Positions 1-10,264 of a stretch of DNA of 64,000 nt are shown here, in pieces (position 1 is the stretch's first letter; every line of letters begins with the position of its first letter). Under the pieces are notes generated by a model. The model was not told where the DNA came from and did not search any database. It saw nothing but the letters and a program-made list of their open reading frames with translations. A program made the position numbers and the translations under genes. Source of the DNA: an uncultured Collinsella sp. GTDB taxonomy: Bacteria; Actinomycetota; Coriobacteriia; Coriobacteriales; Coriobacteriaceae. The stretch is taken from the NCBI GenBank assembly GCA_963560155.1, contig CAUWMY010000004.1, positions 205-64,204 of the forward strand, read 5' to 3'.

Positions 1-638
1 GGGGTGCCGGGAACGATGCCGTCAACGCCGATGACCTTGCGGACCAGCGAGTAGCCGTTGGAGTGCACGCCCGTGGAGGGCAGGCCGATGATGACGTCGC
101 CCTCGCGCACGTTGGCGGGGTCGATCATCTTGGGGCGATCGACGACACCCACGGTGAAGCCGGCCAGATCGTAGTCGTCCGGGCGCATGACGCCGGGGTG
201 CTCGGCCATCTCGCCGCCCACGAGCGCGCAGCCCGCGAGCTTGCAGCCGTCGGCCACGCCCTTGATGATCTTGGCCATGTGCTCGGCCTCGATATGGCCG
301 ATGGCGACGTAATCGAGGAAGAACAGCGGCTCGGCACCGGAGGCGAGGATGTCGTTCACGCACATGGCGACGAGGTCCTGGCCGACCGTCTCGTGGCGGT
401 CGAGGATCTGGGCGAGCACGAGCTTAGTGCCCACGCCGTCGGTGCCGGAGATGAGAATCGGGTCCTCCATGTCCTTGAGCGCGGCGGCGGAGAACAGTCC
501 GCCGAAACCGCCGATACCGCCGATGACCTCGGGGCGGTTGGTCTCCTTGACCATCTGCTTGATCGCGTCGACCGCGCGGCCGCCCTCGGCGGTATCCACG
601 CCGGCGTCCTCGTACGTTACGTGCTTGCTCTCGGCCAT
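1..638 (-). CDS. purM: Phosphoribosylformylglycinamidine cyclo-ligase (AIR synthetase), 3' end runs off the window
   Basis: Not in the ORF track; read manually from ATG at 638: [27 protein letters not shown]...[10 protein letters not shown]...[10 protein letters not shown]...[11 protein letters not shown]...FFLDY...ETAEHPG, the PurM signature; directly downstream of purF. Confidence 0.95.
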   Translation of the reverse strand, partial: MAESKHVTYEDAGVDTAEGGRAVDAIKQMVKETNRPEVIGGIGGFGGLFSAAALKDMEDPILISGTDGVGTKLVLAQILDRHETVGQDLVAMCVNDILASGAEPLFFLDYVAIGHIEAEHMAKIIKGVADGCKLAGCALVGGEMAEHPGVMRPDDYDLAGFTVGVVDRPKMIDPANVREGDVIIGLPSTGVHSNGYSLVRKVIGVDGIVPGT

Positions 639-692
639 GTGAGGTTCCTTTCGACCCAGGGAATTCCTAGTACAGCATGATAGCAGGGCCAA

Positions 693-725
693 CGTCTCAT
701 TTGGGGACAGGTACAAATTGAGACG
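693..725 (+). repeat. REP-like palindrome, copy 1 (CGTCTCATTTGGGGACAGGTACAAATTGAGACG)
   Basis: Inverted arms around core GGGGACAGGTAC; recurs throughout the window. Confidence 0.85.
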
Positions 726-814
726 CCGGCGCAGCGCCGCCCCGCTACCCCGGTACGGAAAACGCCCCCGGCGCCGAAGCGCCGAGGGCGGACAAAGCGT
801 ACGTCGGAACGCGG

Positions 815-2464
815 TTACTCGGCGTGAGCCTCTTCCCAGCTGCGGTCCTCGGCCTTCTCGACAACACAATTACCGGTGATGGGCTCGGGCTTGCTGAGGT
901 TGCGCGGAACGTAACCCTCGATGAACTTCTCACGCCCAAAGCTGTCCGGAATCGCAACCGGATACTCGCCGGTGAAGCACGCGGTGCAGTAGCCGCCCTT
1001 GGGCACGCACTCAAGCAGCGCATCCACGGACAGGAACGCGAGCGTGTCGGCGCCGATGAACTCGCAAACCTCCTCGACGGACTTGGTCGCGGAGATGAGC
1101 TGGCTCTGCTCGCCGGTGTCCACGCCGTAGAAGCACGGCCAGATATCCTCGGGGCAGTTGATACGGATGTGGATCTCCTTGGCACCGGCCTGACGCAACA
1201 TGCGCACGAGCTGGACCATGGTCGTGCCGCGCACGATGGAGTCGTCCACGACCACGATGCGCTTGCCCTCGATCACGTCGCGCAGCGGGTTGAGCTTGAG
1301 GCGCACGCCCATGGCGCGCAGTTCCTGCGTGGGCTCGATGAACGTGCGGGCCACATAGCGGTTCTTGATGAGGCCGGTGCCGTAGGGAATGCCGCTCTCA
1401 TAGGCGTAACCCTCGGCGGAGGGCAGACCGGAGTCGGGCGTGCCGATGACCATGTCGGCCTCGACCGGGCACTCGAGCGCCAGCTTGCGGCCCATGTCGT
1501 AGCGGCAAGCGTAGATGGACTTGCCATCCACGATGGAGTCGGGGCGGGCAAAATAAACCTGCTCGAAGATGCAATGCGCGGTCTTCTCGGCGGCCGGCAC
1601 ACCCTGCTCGGACACGAGGCCCTCGGCGCTGATGCGCAGGATCTCGCCAGGGCGGATATCGCGCACATACTCGGCGCCGACAATGTCGAGCGCGCAGGTT
1701 TCGGAGGCAACGACCCAGCCAGCGGTGGAGGCCACGACCGCATCGCCCACGAGGTCCTCGGCGGAGGCGGCATCGCTGGGCAGCGCGGAGGCGGCCGCGG
1801 CGGCGTCGGCGGCGGCGACGCCCTCGTCGTTGGTCAGGCGGCCGAGCACGAGCGGACGAACGCCGTGCGGGTCGCGGAAGGCGTAGAGGGCCTCCTCGTT
1901 GATGAGCGCCATGGCGTAACCGCCGCGGATGAGCTCCATCGTCTTGCGGATGCCCTCGCGCAGATGGTGCGTCTCCTGCGTGAAGTAGCCGATGAGCTTG
2001 ACGGCGACCTCGGAATCGGAGCTCGAGTTGAAGGGTACGCCGAGCTCGATCAGCTGGCGACGCAGCTCATCGGTGTTCACCAGGGTGCCGTTGTGGGCGA
2101 GGGCCACGATGACCTCGCCGATGGTGGAAAGGTGGGGCTGGGACTCCTCCCAGCTCTTGGCGCCGGCGGTGCCGTAGCGCACGTGGCCGACGGCCAGCTG
2201 GCCGGGCAGCGAGCAGATATCTGCGTTGGAGAAGACCTTGCTCACCAGGCCGAGATCCTTGCGGACCATGACCGTGCCACCGTCGCCCACGGCGATACCG
2301 GCGGACTCCTGGCCACGGTGCTGCAGCGCGCGAAGGCCGAAGTAGGTCAGACGAGCGACGTCGCGGTCGGGTGCCCAAACGCCAAACACGCCGCACTCGT
2401 CATGCGGATGGTCGGTATCGGAATCGAACGCGGTGAATTCGGACAGATCGGCGTCAAAAGACAT
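815..2464 (-). CDS. purF: Amidophosphoribosyltransferase
   Basis: ECGVFG propeptide/Cys1 motif, [22 protein letters not shown] motif; RBS AAGAGGGG before ATG at 2464; TATAAT at 2508-2513 on the minus strand. Confidence 0.97.
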   Translation of the reverse strand: MSFDADLSEFTAFDSDTDHPHDECGVFGVWAPDRDVARLTYFGLRALQHRGQESAGIAVGDGGTVMVRKDLGLVSKVFSNADICSLPGQLAVGHVRYGTAGAKSWEESQPHLSTIGEVIVALAHNGTLVNTDELRRQLIELGVPFNSSSDSEVAVKLIGYFTQETHHLREGIRKTMELIRGGYAMALINEEALYAFRDPHGVRPLVLGRLTNDEGVAAADAAAAASALPSDAASAEDLVGDAVVASTAGWVVASETCALDIVGAEYVRDIRPGEILRISAEGLVSEQGVPAAEKTAHCIFEQVYFARPDSIVDGKSIYACRYDMGRKLALECPVEADMVIGTPDSGLPSAEGYAYESGIPYGTGLIKNRYVARTFIEPTQELRAMGVRLKLNPLRDVIEGKRIVVVDDSIVRGTTMVQLVRMLRQAGAKEIHIRINCPEDIWPCFYGVDTGEQSQLISATKSVEEVCEFIGADTLAFLSVDALLECVPKGGYCTACFTGEYPVAIPDSFGREKFIEGYVPRNLSKPEPITGNCVVEKAEDRSWEEAHAE

Positions 2465-2592
2465 GCGGGTTCCCCTCTTGGTTGCCATGCACGGCCATAC
2501 GGTGGAAATTATACGCGCGCAACGTGCGTGCTAAATGTACACGCTGAATCGACACGGCTTCGCAATGAAACGCGCCCCGTCCTCCGGCTGAA

Positions 2593-2625
2593 ACCTCAAT
2601 TTGGGGACAGTCCCTAAATTGAGGT
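2593..2625 (+). repeat. REP-like palindrome, copy 2 (ACCTCAATTTGGGGACAGTCCCTAAATTGAGGT)
   Basis: 10-bp perfect arms, variant core. Confidence 0.8.
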
Positions 2626-2800
2626 CCCCGACGTACCGTGCCGCCGCGGGCGACTTCAAAGAAGGCCTCACCCTAGACCGAGGTTTGGCCGGGCATGGTG
2701 GAGTGGTGAAGAGGGCGCGCTTTCGATGTAAATCCGGGGGCCGACGGCAGACGGCGCCCATACAATTGCAGTATCGAACCCGCTATTCGACGAGGTGTTC

Positions 2801-3226
2801 ATGGACGAGCAGATTCCCCAGCCGCGGCCCGCAACCCCAGGGACGCGCAAGCACATGGGGGTCGCCACGAGCGACCCGACCTACCTGCCCCCCGTGAACA
2901 ACCCCAACGCGCCCGCATCGGACCGTAAGACGCGCGTCCCTGTGCGCAAGGTTTCGTACGGCAGCGGGGGCTCCGCCCAAAATGGCATCCCCTCGGGCCA
3001 ATCGCCCTCGCGTATCCCAGCCGCCAGCCCAACGCTGCAGGTCCGCACGCACGAAGGCGGCGGCAACATCTCACCGAGACGCAACTACATCTCCACGCCA
3101 AAAAAAGGCCGCGCCATCTTCACGTCCCGTCAGGACCGCCAGCGCCGGCGAATCAAGATCGCCCTCGCGATCATGATCGTCGCCGCGATCTCCCTCGCCC
3201 TGTTCTGGTTCTTCGTCCTGCGCTAA
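2801..3226 (+). CDS. Hypothetical protein: disordered P/S/R-rich N-terminus and a single C-terminal transmembrane helix
   Basis: GAGG RBS before ATG 2801; ends RRRRIKIALAIMIVAAISLALFWFFVLR; 18 bp upstream of iscS on the same strand. Confidence 0.75.
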   Translation: MDEQIPQPRPATPGTRKHMGVATSDPTYLPPVNNPNAPASDRKTRVPVRKVSYGSGGSAQNGIPSGQSPSRIPAASPTLQVRTHEGGGNISPRRNYISTPKKGRAIFTSRQDRQRRRIKIALAIMIVAAISLALFWFFVLR

Positions 3227-3244
3227 GAGATTCGACCATCGCCC

Positions 3245-4480
3245 ATGACCGACATCGCGCCCTACATCTATGCCGACAACGCGGCCACCACGCCGCTCTC
3301 GCCTCGCGCGCTCAAGGCAATGACGCCCTATCTCACCAGCGCTTTCGGCAACCCGAGCGGAATCCACCGCGTGGCGCGCGAAGCTGCCATCGCGCTCGGG
3401 GAGGCGCGCGGCACCATGGCCCGCCTGATTGGCGCCGGGCGTGCGGACGAAATCTACTTCACCAGCGGCGGCTCGGAATCCGACAACTGGATTCTGCGCG
3501 GAGCCGTGCGACGGTTCCGAGACATCCACGGAGAGCATGCGACACCGCACATCGTGACCAGCGCGATCGAGCACCACGCTATCCTACACTGCTGCCAGGC
3601 CCTCGAGGCCGAAGGCGTTCGCGTCACATATCTGCCGGTCGACGCCCAGAGCCGCGTTCACCCCTCCGAGCTTGAACGCGCACTTGCAGAGCATGACGCA
3701 CGCGAGGCAGCAGCCGGCACGGACGCACCCGCGGCCCTCGTCTCCATCATGCTCGCCAACAATGAAGTCGGCACCATCGAACCCGTTCGTGAGCTCGCCG
3801 CAATCGCCCATGCCCACGGAGCGCCCTTCCACACCGACGCGGTTCAAGCGGTGGGACACATCCCCGTCAGCGTGCAGGACCTCGGCGTCGACGCGCTCTC
3901 GCTCTCTGGCCACAAGTTTCATGGGCCGCGCGGCATTGGCGCCCTGTACCTGCGCGAGGGCTTTTCCATCCCGCCGCTCATCGCCGGCGGGGCCCAGGAG
4001 CGCGGCGAGCGGGCGGGTACCGAGAACCTCGCCGGCATCGTCGGCATGGCGGCGGCACTCGAGGAGGCGTGCGCGGACCTCGCTCAGGATGCCGACCGCA
4101 TCGCCGGATTGCGCGACCAGCTCGTACGCAACCTTCTCGGCGAGGTCGACGGCCTGACCCTCACCGGTGCCCCCGTCGATGGCGAATCAACTGGCCGCCT
4201 CCCCTCGATCGCCTCCTTCACGTGCGACGATGTCGACGGTGAGCTGCTCGTGGTCCTACTCGATCGGGCCGAGGTCGCGGCGGCGACAGGCTCTGCCTGT
4301 TCGACCGGGTCGACCGAGCCGTCGCACGTCCTCACCGCGATGGGCATCGAGCCCGCCGCGGCGCGCGGCGCCCTGCGCCTCTCCCTCGCAAGCGACGTCA
4401 CCGCCGAGGACGTCGCCCTCCTCTGCGAGCGCATCCCCTCCTGCATCCGCAAGGCACGCCTCATCAGCTCCATGCGGTGA
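3245..4480 (+). CDS. iscS: Cysteine desulfurase (IscS/NifS family)
   Basis: YADNAATTP, GNPS, FTSGGSESDN, NNEVGTI, HTDAVQ, SGHKFHGP (PLP lysine), GSACS (catalytic Cys). Confidence 0.93.
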   Translation: MTDIAPYIYADNAATTPLSPRALKAMTPYLTSAFGNPSGIHRVAREAAIALGEARGTMARLIGAGRADEIYFTSGGSESDNWILRGAVRRFRDIHGEHATPHIVTSAIEHHAILHCCQALEAEGVRVTYLPVDAQSRVHPSELERALAEHDAREAAAGTDAPAALVSIMLANNEVGTIEPVRELAAIAHAHGAPFHTDAVQAVGHIPVSVQDLGVDALSLSGHKFHGPRGIGALYLREGFSIPPLIAGGAQERGERAGTENLAGIVGMAAALEEACADLAQDADRIAGLRDQLVRNLLGEVDGLTLTGAPVDGESTGRLPSIASFTCDDVDGELLVVLLDRAEVAAATGSACSTGSTEPSHVLTAMGIEPAAARGALRLSLASDVTAEDVALLCERIPSCIRKARLISSMR

Positions 4481-4510
4481 CGGGCCGCCCGCATCTGCGA
4501 GCGGCCCGTC
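4479..4510 (+). terminator. Hairpin directly after iscS
   Basis: GACGGGCCGC...GCGGCCCGTC stem between convergent genes; poor U-tract. Confidence 0.55.
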
Positions 4511-4523
4511 TTCGGCCTCAGGG

Positions 4524-4558
4524 GATGTGTAAAACGCACCCGTCCCCAATTACACATC
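4524..4558 (-). repeat. REP-like palindrome, copy 3
   Basis: Reverse complement reads GATGTGTAATTGGGGACGGGTGCGTTTTACACATC. Confidence 0.85.
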
Positions 4559-4566
4559 ACCGCGCG

Positions 4567-6261
4567 CTACGACAGCAGCTTGCGGCCATCCTCCTCGATG
4601 GCGGCGATGAGCGCATCCGCGGCAGCGGCATCCTCGCCCTTGGCGAAGATGTAGAGCTTGATCTTGGGCTCGGTGCCGGAGGGGCGCACGATGGCCTTGT
4701 TGCCGCCCTCGAGGTCGAACTCGATGACGTCGGCCTTGGGCAGGCCGTTTACGCACGTGGCGTAATCGACCACGGCCTCAACCTTGGCACCGGCAATCTC
4801 GGCAGGGGCCTCGGCGCGCAGGTCGGCCATGATGCCGGCCATCTTGGCGGCGCCGTCGGCGCCGGGATAGCTCAGCGAGACGGTCTTGTTGTGATAGTAG
4901 CCGTACTTCTCATACAGCGCGCGCATGGCCTGAACTAGGTTCTTGCCCTGCAGCTTGTAGTACTGGGCCATCTGGCAGATGAGCATGGAGGCATTGACGG
5001 CGTCCTTGTCGCGCACGTGGTCGCCGGACAGATAACCGTAGCTCTCCTCGAAGCCGAAGATGAAGCGGTCGACCTCGCCGGCGTCGGACAGGCCGGTGAT
5101 GATGTCGCCGATGTACTTGAAGCCGGTGAGGCAGCGGCGCAGCTCGAAGCCGTACTCCTCGGCGAGAGCGTCGACCATGGCGGAGGACACGATGGTGGTG
5201 ACGGCGACCTTGCTGGACAGATCCTCGCCGCGCTCGGCGCGCATCTTGCAGATGTAGTCGAGCAGCAGAACGCCCATCTCGTTACCGGTCAGCAGCGTGT
5301 AATCGTCGCCGTCGGCGCAGGCAACGCCCACGCGGTCGGCATCCGGGTCGGTCGCGAGCAGCAGGTCGGGCTTGACCTCTTGGCACAGGTCGATGCCCTT
5401 CTGCATGGCCTCGCGAATCTCGGGGTTGGGGTACGGGCAGGTCGGGAAGTCGCCGTCCGGGTCCTTCTGCTCGGGGACCACGGTGATGTCGGTCACGCCC
5501 ACCTTGTTGAGGACGGTGGTGACCGGGATCAGGCCGGTACCGTTGAGCGGCGTGTAGACGAGCTTGAGCGGAGCGTTGGCGATCTGCTCAGGCGTGAGGT
5601 TGTTCACCGACTTATCGGCCACGGCGTCGTAGTAGGCGTCGAGCACCTCATCGCCGATCCACTTGACCAGGCCCTTCTCAACGGCCTCGTCGAAGTCCAT
5701 GGTCTTGACGTCGTGGAACGGATCGCACACGTTCATGGCGGCGGAGATGGCGTCGGCGGCCTCACTGGTGATCTGGCAACCGTCGGGGCCATAGGCCTTG
5801 TAACCGTTATAGGCGGCCGGATTGTGGCTCGCGGTCATGCAGATGCCGCCGGAGCACTTGAGGTAGCGCGTGGCCCAGGAGAGCGTGGGCACCGGGGAGA
5901 TCTTGGGGTAGACGTAGGAAGTCACGCCGTTGGCCGCGAGGATGGAGGCGGTGGTCTTCACGAACAGCTCGCCGTTGTTGCGGCTGTCGCGCGCGATTGC
6001 GACCGTGGGATTCTCGAAGTTCTTCACCAGGTAATCGGCGAAGCCCTGCGTAGCGCGGCCGACGGTGTAGATGTTCATGCGGTTGGTGCCGGCGCCGAGC
6101 GTGCCGCGCAGGCCGGCGGTGCCGAACGCGAGCTCCTGGAAGAACGCGTCGGTGATCGCCTCCTCGTCGCCCGCCTCCTTCATGGCCTTGAGCTCCGCAA
6201 GGAGCTCCTCATCTTTCACATTCTCGATCCAAACGGAGAGAAGCTCGTGCACATCTGCCAT
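4567..6261 (-). CDS. pgm: Phosphoglucomutase/phosphomannomutase (alpha-D-phosphohexomutase)
   Basis: FGTAGLRG, TASHNP (phosphoserine), DPDADR (metal), GFEES, RPSGTEPKIK. Confidence 0.93.
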   Translation of the reverse strand: MADVHELLSVWIENVKDEELLAELKAMKEAGDEEAITDAFFQELAFGTAGLRGTLGAGTNRMNIYTVGRATQGFADYLVKNFENPTVAIARDSRNNGELFVKTTASILAANGVTSYVYPKISPVPTLSWATRYLKCSGGICMTASHNPAAYNGYKAYGPDGCQITSEAADAISAAMNVCDPFHDVKTMDFDEAVEKGLVKWIGDEVLDAYYDAVADKSVNNLTPEQIANAPLKLVYTPLNGTGLIPVTTVLNKVGVTDITVVPEQKDPDGDFPTCPYPNPEIREAMQKGIDLCQEVKPDLLLATDPDADRVGVACADGDDYTLLTGNEMGVLLLDYICKMRAERGEDLSSKVAVTTIVSSAMVDALAEEYGFELRRCLTGFKYIGDIITGLSDAGEVDRFIFGFEESYGYLSGDHVRDKDAVNASMLICQMAQYYKLQGKNLVQAMRALYEKYGYYHNKTVSLSYPGADGAAKMAGIMADLRAEAPAEIAGAKVEAVVDYATCVNGLPKADVIEFDLEGGNKAIVRPSGTEPKIKLYIFAKGEDAAAADALIAAIEEDGRKLLS

Positions 6262-6401
6262 GGTGAAACCCTTCCCGATGTTGGTTACGGTGCGGGAGCG
6301 CCGTCAGTATGCGAGCGTCCCGCACCTGCATAATACGCCCTCGAGCGGCTTCGTCGACCAAATTCCCGTCTCAGTCCGGGATTATTCGGCGAGGGGTCAG
6401 A

Positions 6402-6524
6402 AAGTCCCAATCGGGGGCAGGCACCAATTGCAACATTTCGCCTACCGATCCGCCGGCGTCAAGCACCGCCAGCGGCCCGACGCATGTACATGGGCACAAT
6501 TTGTGCCTGTCCCCAATTGCGCAA
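6402..6524. repeat. Degenerate inverted doublet of REP-like palindromes (copies 4 and 5: 6402-6437 + and 6490-6524 -)
   Basis: AATCGGGGGCAGGCACCAATTG on +; AATTGGGGACAGGCACAAATTG on -. Confidence 0.7.
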
Positions 6525-6597
6525 CCGCACCTGCCGCAACTGGTGCTACCCTGTACCCGTACGCTGGTCCATAAGTCCGCGGAAAGGAAACCGAATC

Positions 6598-7464
6598 ATG
6601 ACCAAGCTTTATCAGCGCGAAGGCGCGTACATCCCGCGTGTCGCGGCCGTCCACGACATGTGCGGCTACGGCAAATGCTCCCTCGGCGTGGCGATCCCCG
6701 TCCTCAGCGCAGCCGGCGTGGATGTCTGCCCCGTCCCCACGGCCCTCTTCAGCGCCCACACCAAATTCCCCGTCTTCCACATGCACGACACCACCTGCAT
6801 GCTCGAGGCCTATCTCGACGCTTGGCGCGAGGAGAATGTCGATCTTGACGGCGTGTATTCCGGGTTCCTCGGCTCGGCCGAACAGGTCGCCGTCATCCAG
6901 CGCCTCTATCGCGAATACCCGGGCGCCCTTCGCATCGTCGACCCCGTCATGGGCGACGGCGGCGTGAAGTACCCCACCTACACCGACGAGCTGTGCGAGG
7001 CCATGGCGGCCCTCGTCGACGGCGCCGACATTCTCACCCCCAACCTCACCGAGGCATCCATCCTCACCGGCATCCCCTACGAGGGCCAGGACGTCACGGT
7101 CGAGTTCGTGCAGCGCAACGCCGACGCGCTGCTCGCCATGGGCGCGAAGACCGTCGTCATCAAGGGCATCGTGCATGGTGACGAGCCAGTCATCCGCAAC
7201 TACATCGCCAGCACCGCCGATGAGGGCAAGGTCGAGGAGGTCTCGAGCGAGCTGCTCCCCTACATGCTGCACGGCACTGGCGACCTGTTCGCCAGCGCCC
7301 TCACCGCCGCGATTTACACCGGCCGCACCACGCGCGAAGCCGTCGAGTTCGCCGGCGAGCTCGTGCGCGACGCCATGCGCATCACTCGCGAACAGCCCGA
7401 CTTCGAGATGCGCGGCGTCTCCTTCGAGCCCACGCTCGGCAAGGTGGCCGCATTGCTGGCGTAG
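6598..7464 (+). CDS. pdxK: Pyridoxal/pyridoxamine kinase (ribokinase family)
   Basis: GYGKCSL, SAHT, GVYSGFLGS, VDPVMGD, TPNLTEA, GTGDLF; start moved to ATG 6598 (RBS AAAGGAA). Confidence 0.88.
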   Translation: MTKLYQREGAYIPRVAAVHDMCGYGKCSLGVAIPVLSAAGVDVCPVPTALFSAHTKFPVFHMHDTTCMLEAYLDAWREENVDLDGVYSGFLGSAEQVAVIQRLYREYPGALRIVDPVMGDGGVKYPTYTDELCEAMAALVDGADILTPNLTEASILTGIPYEGQDVTVEFVQRNADALLAMGAKTVVIKGIVHGDEPVIRNYIASTADEGKVEEVSSELLPYMLHGTGDLFASALTAAIYTGRTTREAVEFAGELVRDAMRITREQPDFEMRGVSFEPTLGKVAALLA

Positions 7465-7518
7465 CGCGCGCCGCTGACGAAACTGCGGTCCCACGGCCTC
7501 CGCCCCATCCCGAACGCA

Positions 7519-7548
7519 AAAAGGCATCGACCCATGTCGATGCCTTTT
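7519..7548. terminator. Bidirectional intrinsic terminator
   Basis: AAAAGGCATCGAC-CCAT-GTCGATGCCTTTT between convergent genes. Confidence 0.8.
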
Positions 7549-7578
7549 CTCATATCCCCATGTGCAAGGACGCCCATC

Positions 7579-8466
7579 CTATTCGACGAGCAGCGCCTCG
7601 TCCTGATCGCGCAGCCGTACGTCCTCGTCGATCTCGACCTGAGTCGCGCCTGGGTCCTCCGCCAGCGAACTCACCGAGTTCACCTGCTCCTGGATCGCCT
7701 CGGCCAGATTATCGTCCATGCCGATGATCTTGAGCTCCCAATCGATGTTCGACGGCGTGTCGGACTGCGACTTGGTCCAGACGAACGTCAGCATCGCGCG
7801 ACGCGTGCCTCGGGCGGGAAGGAATCCGAATAGGCGGTCGTGTTGGAATGCCCCCGACTCATCCGTCAGCGTGTAGACGTTGTAGACCACGCGGTTGATC
7901 TTCTCGTTGAGCAGGGCGTTTGTCGCCAGAGCCGAGGCCTGGATCTGCGAGTTCGACAGCAGCTCGAGCTCGTTGTGCGAATCGGTGTCCACCACCGAGA
8001 CCTCGATGGTACCGATCTTCTCACTCGCCTCGTTCACCGTGAACTCGCGGGGAAACTGCGTGAAACCGTTGCCCCACTCGACACCCGACTCCATGGCGTG
8101 CGAAACCGTCTCGGCGTTCGCGCGGTCGGACAGGTTGGCGGTGTTGAGGCGGCGGCTCACGCCGTAGACGATCTGCATGCCGAGAACGAACACGAACACG
8201 CCCATGATCACGGCGACGGCCGTGCGCGAGATGGTCTTGCTCACCTGGGAGCCGGACGGGTCATCCTCGGACAGCGGGTCGATCGCGGCTTTACGGGCCG
8301 CCGAGGGCGCTCCATCGATCTTCTTCCTCGCCTTGCGGCGGGCGAGTAGGCCGCGTGCGGCGTCCTCGCAACCGGGGGCGTCGTCCGGGTCGAGCACGCC
8401 CGATGCGTCGAGCGCGGCGAACAGGTCGCGAGCCTCCTCCGGTGTCATTTCGTGCTTCTTGCCCAT
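7579..8466 (-). CDS. Hypothetical single-pass membrane protein
   Basis: 295-aa ORF, one hydrophobic helix (TAVAVIMGVFVFVLGMQIVYGV); 3 bp downstream of the ABC gene; no family recognised. Confidence 0.8.
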   Translation of the reverse strand: MGKKHEMTPEEARDLFAALDASGVLDPDDAPGCEDAARGLLARRKARKKIDGAPSAARKAAIDPLSEDDPSGSQVSKTISRTAVAVIMGVFVFVLGMQIVYGVSRRLNTANLSDRANAETVSHAMESGVEWGNGFTQFPREFTVNEASEKIGTIEVSVVDTDSHNELELLSNSQIQASALATNALLNEKINRVVYNVYTLTDESGAFQHDRLFGFLPARGTRRAMLTFVWTKSQSDTPSNIDWELKIIGMDDNLAEAIQEQVNSVSSLAEDPGATQVEIDEDVRLRDQDEALLVE

Positions 8467-8469
8467 CGC

Positions 8470-10242
8470 CTACCTCACGTCACGCGCTCGCGCGCCCTCG
8501 AACTGCATTCGATAGTACCGAGCATACGTGCCGCCGCGGGCGAGAAGCTCCTCATGGGTGCCGCGCTCCACAACGCGACCACGCTCCACCGTCGCGATCT
8601 CGTCGGCGTTTTTGATGGTCGAGAGCCTATGCGCGATGATGATCGTCGTGCGGTCGGCCGCGAGGCGCTCGAGCGACTCCTGCACGGCCTCCTCGCTCTC
8701 GTTGTCGAGGGCCGAAGTCGCCTCGTCCAGGATGAGAATCGCCGGGTCCTTGAGGAACACACGGGCGATCGCCACGCGCTGCTTCTGACCACCGGACAGG
8801 CGACTGCCGCGCTCGCCCACCACGGTGTCGTACCCCTCGGGAAGCGAGGCGATGAACTCATGGATGTTCGCCTTGCGCGCCGCCTCCTCGACCTCGGTGT
8901 CCGTCGCCCCGGGACGGCCGTAGGCGATGTTGTCGCGCAAGGTCCCGTCGAACAGGTACACGTCCTGCTGGACCAGGCCGATCGCGCTGCGCAGGCTGCG
9001 CTGCGTCACATCGCGCACATCCTGCCCGTCGATGGCGATGGAACCGCTCGAGATGTCGTAGAGGCGCGGGAGCAGCGAGCAGGTCGTCGACTTGCCGCCG
9101 CCGGACGGGCCCACGAGCGCGATCGTCTCACCGGGACGGATCGAGAGGCTCATGTGGTCGATCACGGGGCGCGCCGCCTCTCCGCCCTCGGGCATCTCGC
9201 CGTCGGCGTAGGAGAAGCACACGTCGCGGTATTCGATGGCGCCCTCGGTCACCTGCAGCTCACGGGCGTCGGGCTTATCCTGCACATCGGGAGCGGTGGC
9301 CAGGACCTCGTCCATGCGGCGGAATCCCGCGATGGCCTTCTGGAATGTCTCGGTTGAGTTGACGAGCGTCTCGATGGGGCCGGTGAACAGGCTGATGTAC
9401 AAGGCGAAGGTCGCCATGTCGACGGCGGTCATCTGCCCTTGCGCCACCAGGTAGCCGCCGAACAGCACGACGGTGATGTAATGCGCCGCCGTCATGACCG
9501 CGCTCGTGGCTTGATAGGCGCCCATGACCCTGTACTGCGCCACCTTCGAATCGAGGTAGCGGTCGTTTGCCGCGCGGAACTTCGTGCGCTCCGTCTCCTC
9601 GTTCGCGAAGGACTTGACCACGCGCATGCCGGCGAGCGAATCCTGCAGCTGGGAGTTCACATCCGAGATCTTCTTGCGGTTGTCGGCAAACACGCTGCGC
9701 ATGTGCAGGTTCTGACGGACCATGATGGCGACGAACACCACCGTGACCAGCGTGAGCGCGCCGGCGAGCATCGGGGAGATGGTGAACAGGATCGCCAGCG
9801 CGCCGATGATCTTGATGCCGCAGATGATGATCCACTCCGGCAGGTGATGCGCGCCCTCGCAGATGTCGAACAGGTCGTTGACCACGCGACTCATCATATC
9901 GCCGGAATTATGGGCGTCGAAGTAGGCGAAGCTGAAGCGCTCGTACTGGTCGAACAGGTCCTCGCGCATGCGCGACTCCATGCGGGCGCCCATGATGTGC
10001 CCTTGAGCTGAGACGAAGTAGACGCACGCCGTGCGCACCAGGTACATCGCGACCAGGCCGATGCCGAGGAACAGCAGCCCGTCCATGATGGCGGCCTCGC
10101 CATCCGTGAACAGCCCGCCGGTCAGCGCGCGCAGGATCACGGGGAACGCGAGGTCGATCCCCGCATACGTCAACGCGCAGACCGTATCTGCGATGAAAAG
10201 CCCCTTCTCGGGTCCGTAATATGAAATGAAACGTTTGAACAT
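8470..10242 (-). CDS. ABC exporter, fused permease and ATP-binding domains
   Basis: Multi-TM N-terminus; GPSGGGKS, LSGGQ, ILILDE, AHRLST; likely start MFKRFISYY at 10242. Confidence 0.93.
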   Translation of the reverse strand: MFKRFISYYGPEKGLFIADTVCALTYAGIDLAFPVILRALTGGLFTDGEAAIMDGLLFLGIGLVAMYLVRTACVYFVSAQGHIMGARMESRMREDLFDQYERFSFAYFDAHNSGDMMSRVVNDLFDICEGAHHLPEWIIICGIKIIGALAILFTISPMLAGALTLVTVVFVAIMVRQNLHMRSVFADNRKKISDVNSQLQDSLAGMRVVKSFANEETERTKFRAANDRYLDSKVAQYRVMGAYQATSAVMTAAHYITVVLFGGYLVAQGQMTAVDMATFALYISLFTGPIETLVNSTETFQKAIAGFRRMDEVLATAPDVQDKPDARELQVTEGAIEYRDVCFSYADGEMPEGGEAARPVIDHMSLSIRPGETIALVGPSGGGKSTTCSLLPRLYDISSGSIAIDGQDVRDVTQRSLRSAIGLVQQDVYLFDGTLRDNIAYGRPGATDTEVEEAARKANIHEFIASLPEGYDTVVGERGSRLSGGQKQRVAIARVFLKDPAILILDEATSALDNESEEAVQESLERLAADRTTIIIAHRLSTIKNADEIATVERGRVVERGTHEELLARGGTYARYYRMQFEGARARDVR

Positions 10243-10264
10243 GGGCAACTTTCCAGCGATAAGA

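Noticed and set aside
824-2617. Long antisense ORFs in the track (also 10226-12427, 13861-15330, 33982-37314, 51716-53782, 53920-56433 and others)
   Set aside because: Shadow frames opposite well-supported genes, expected in high-GC DNA; no recognisable motifs
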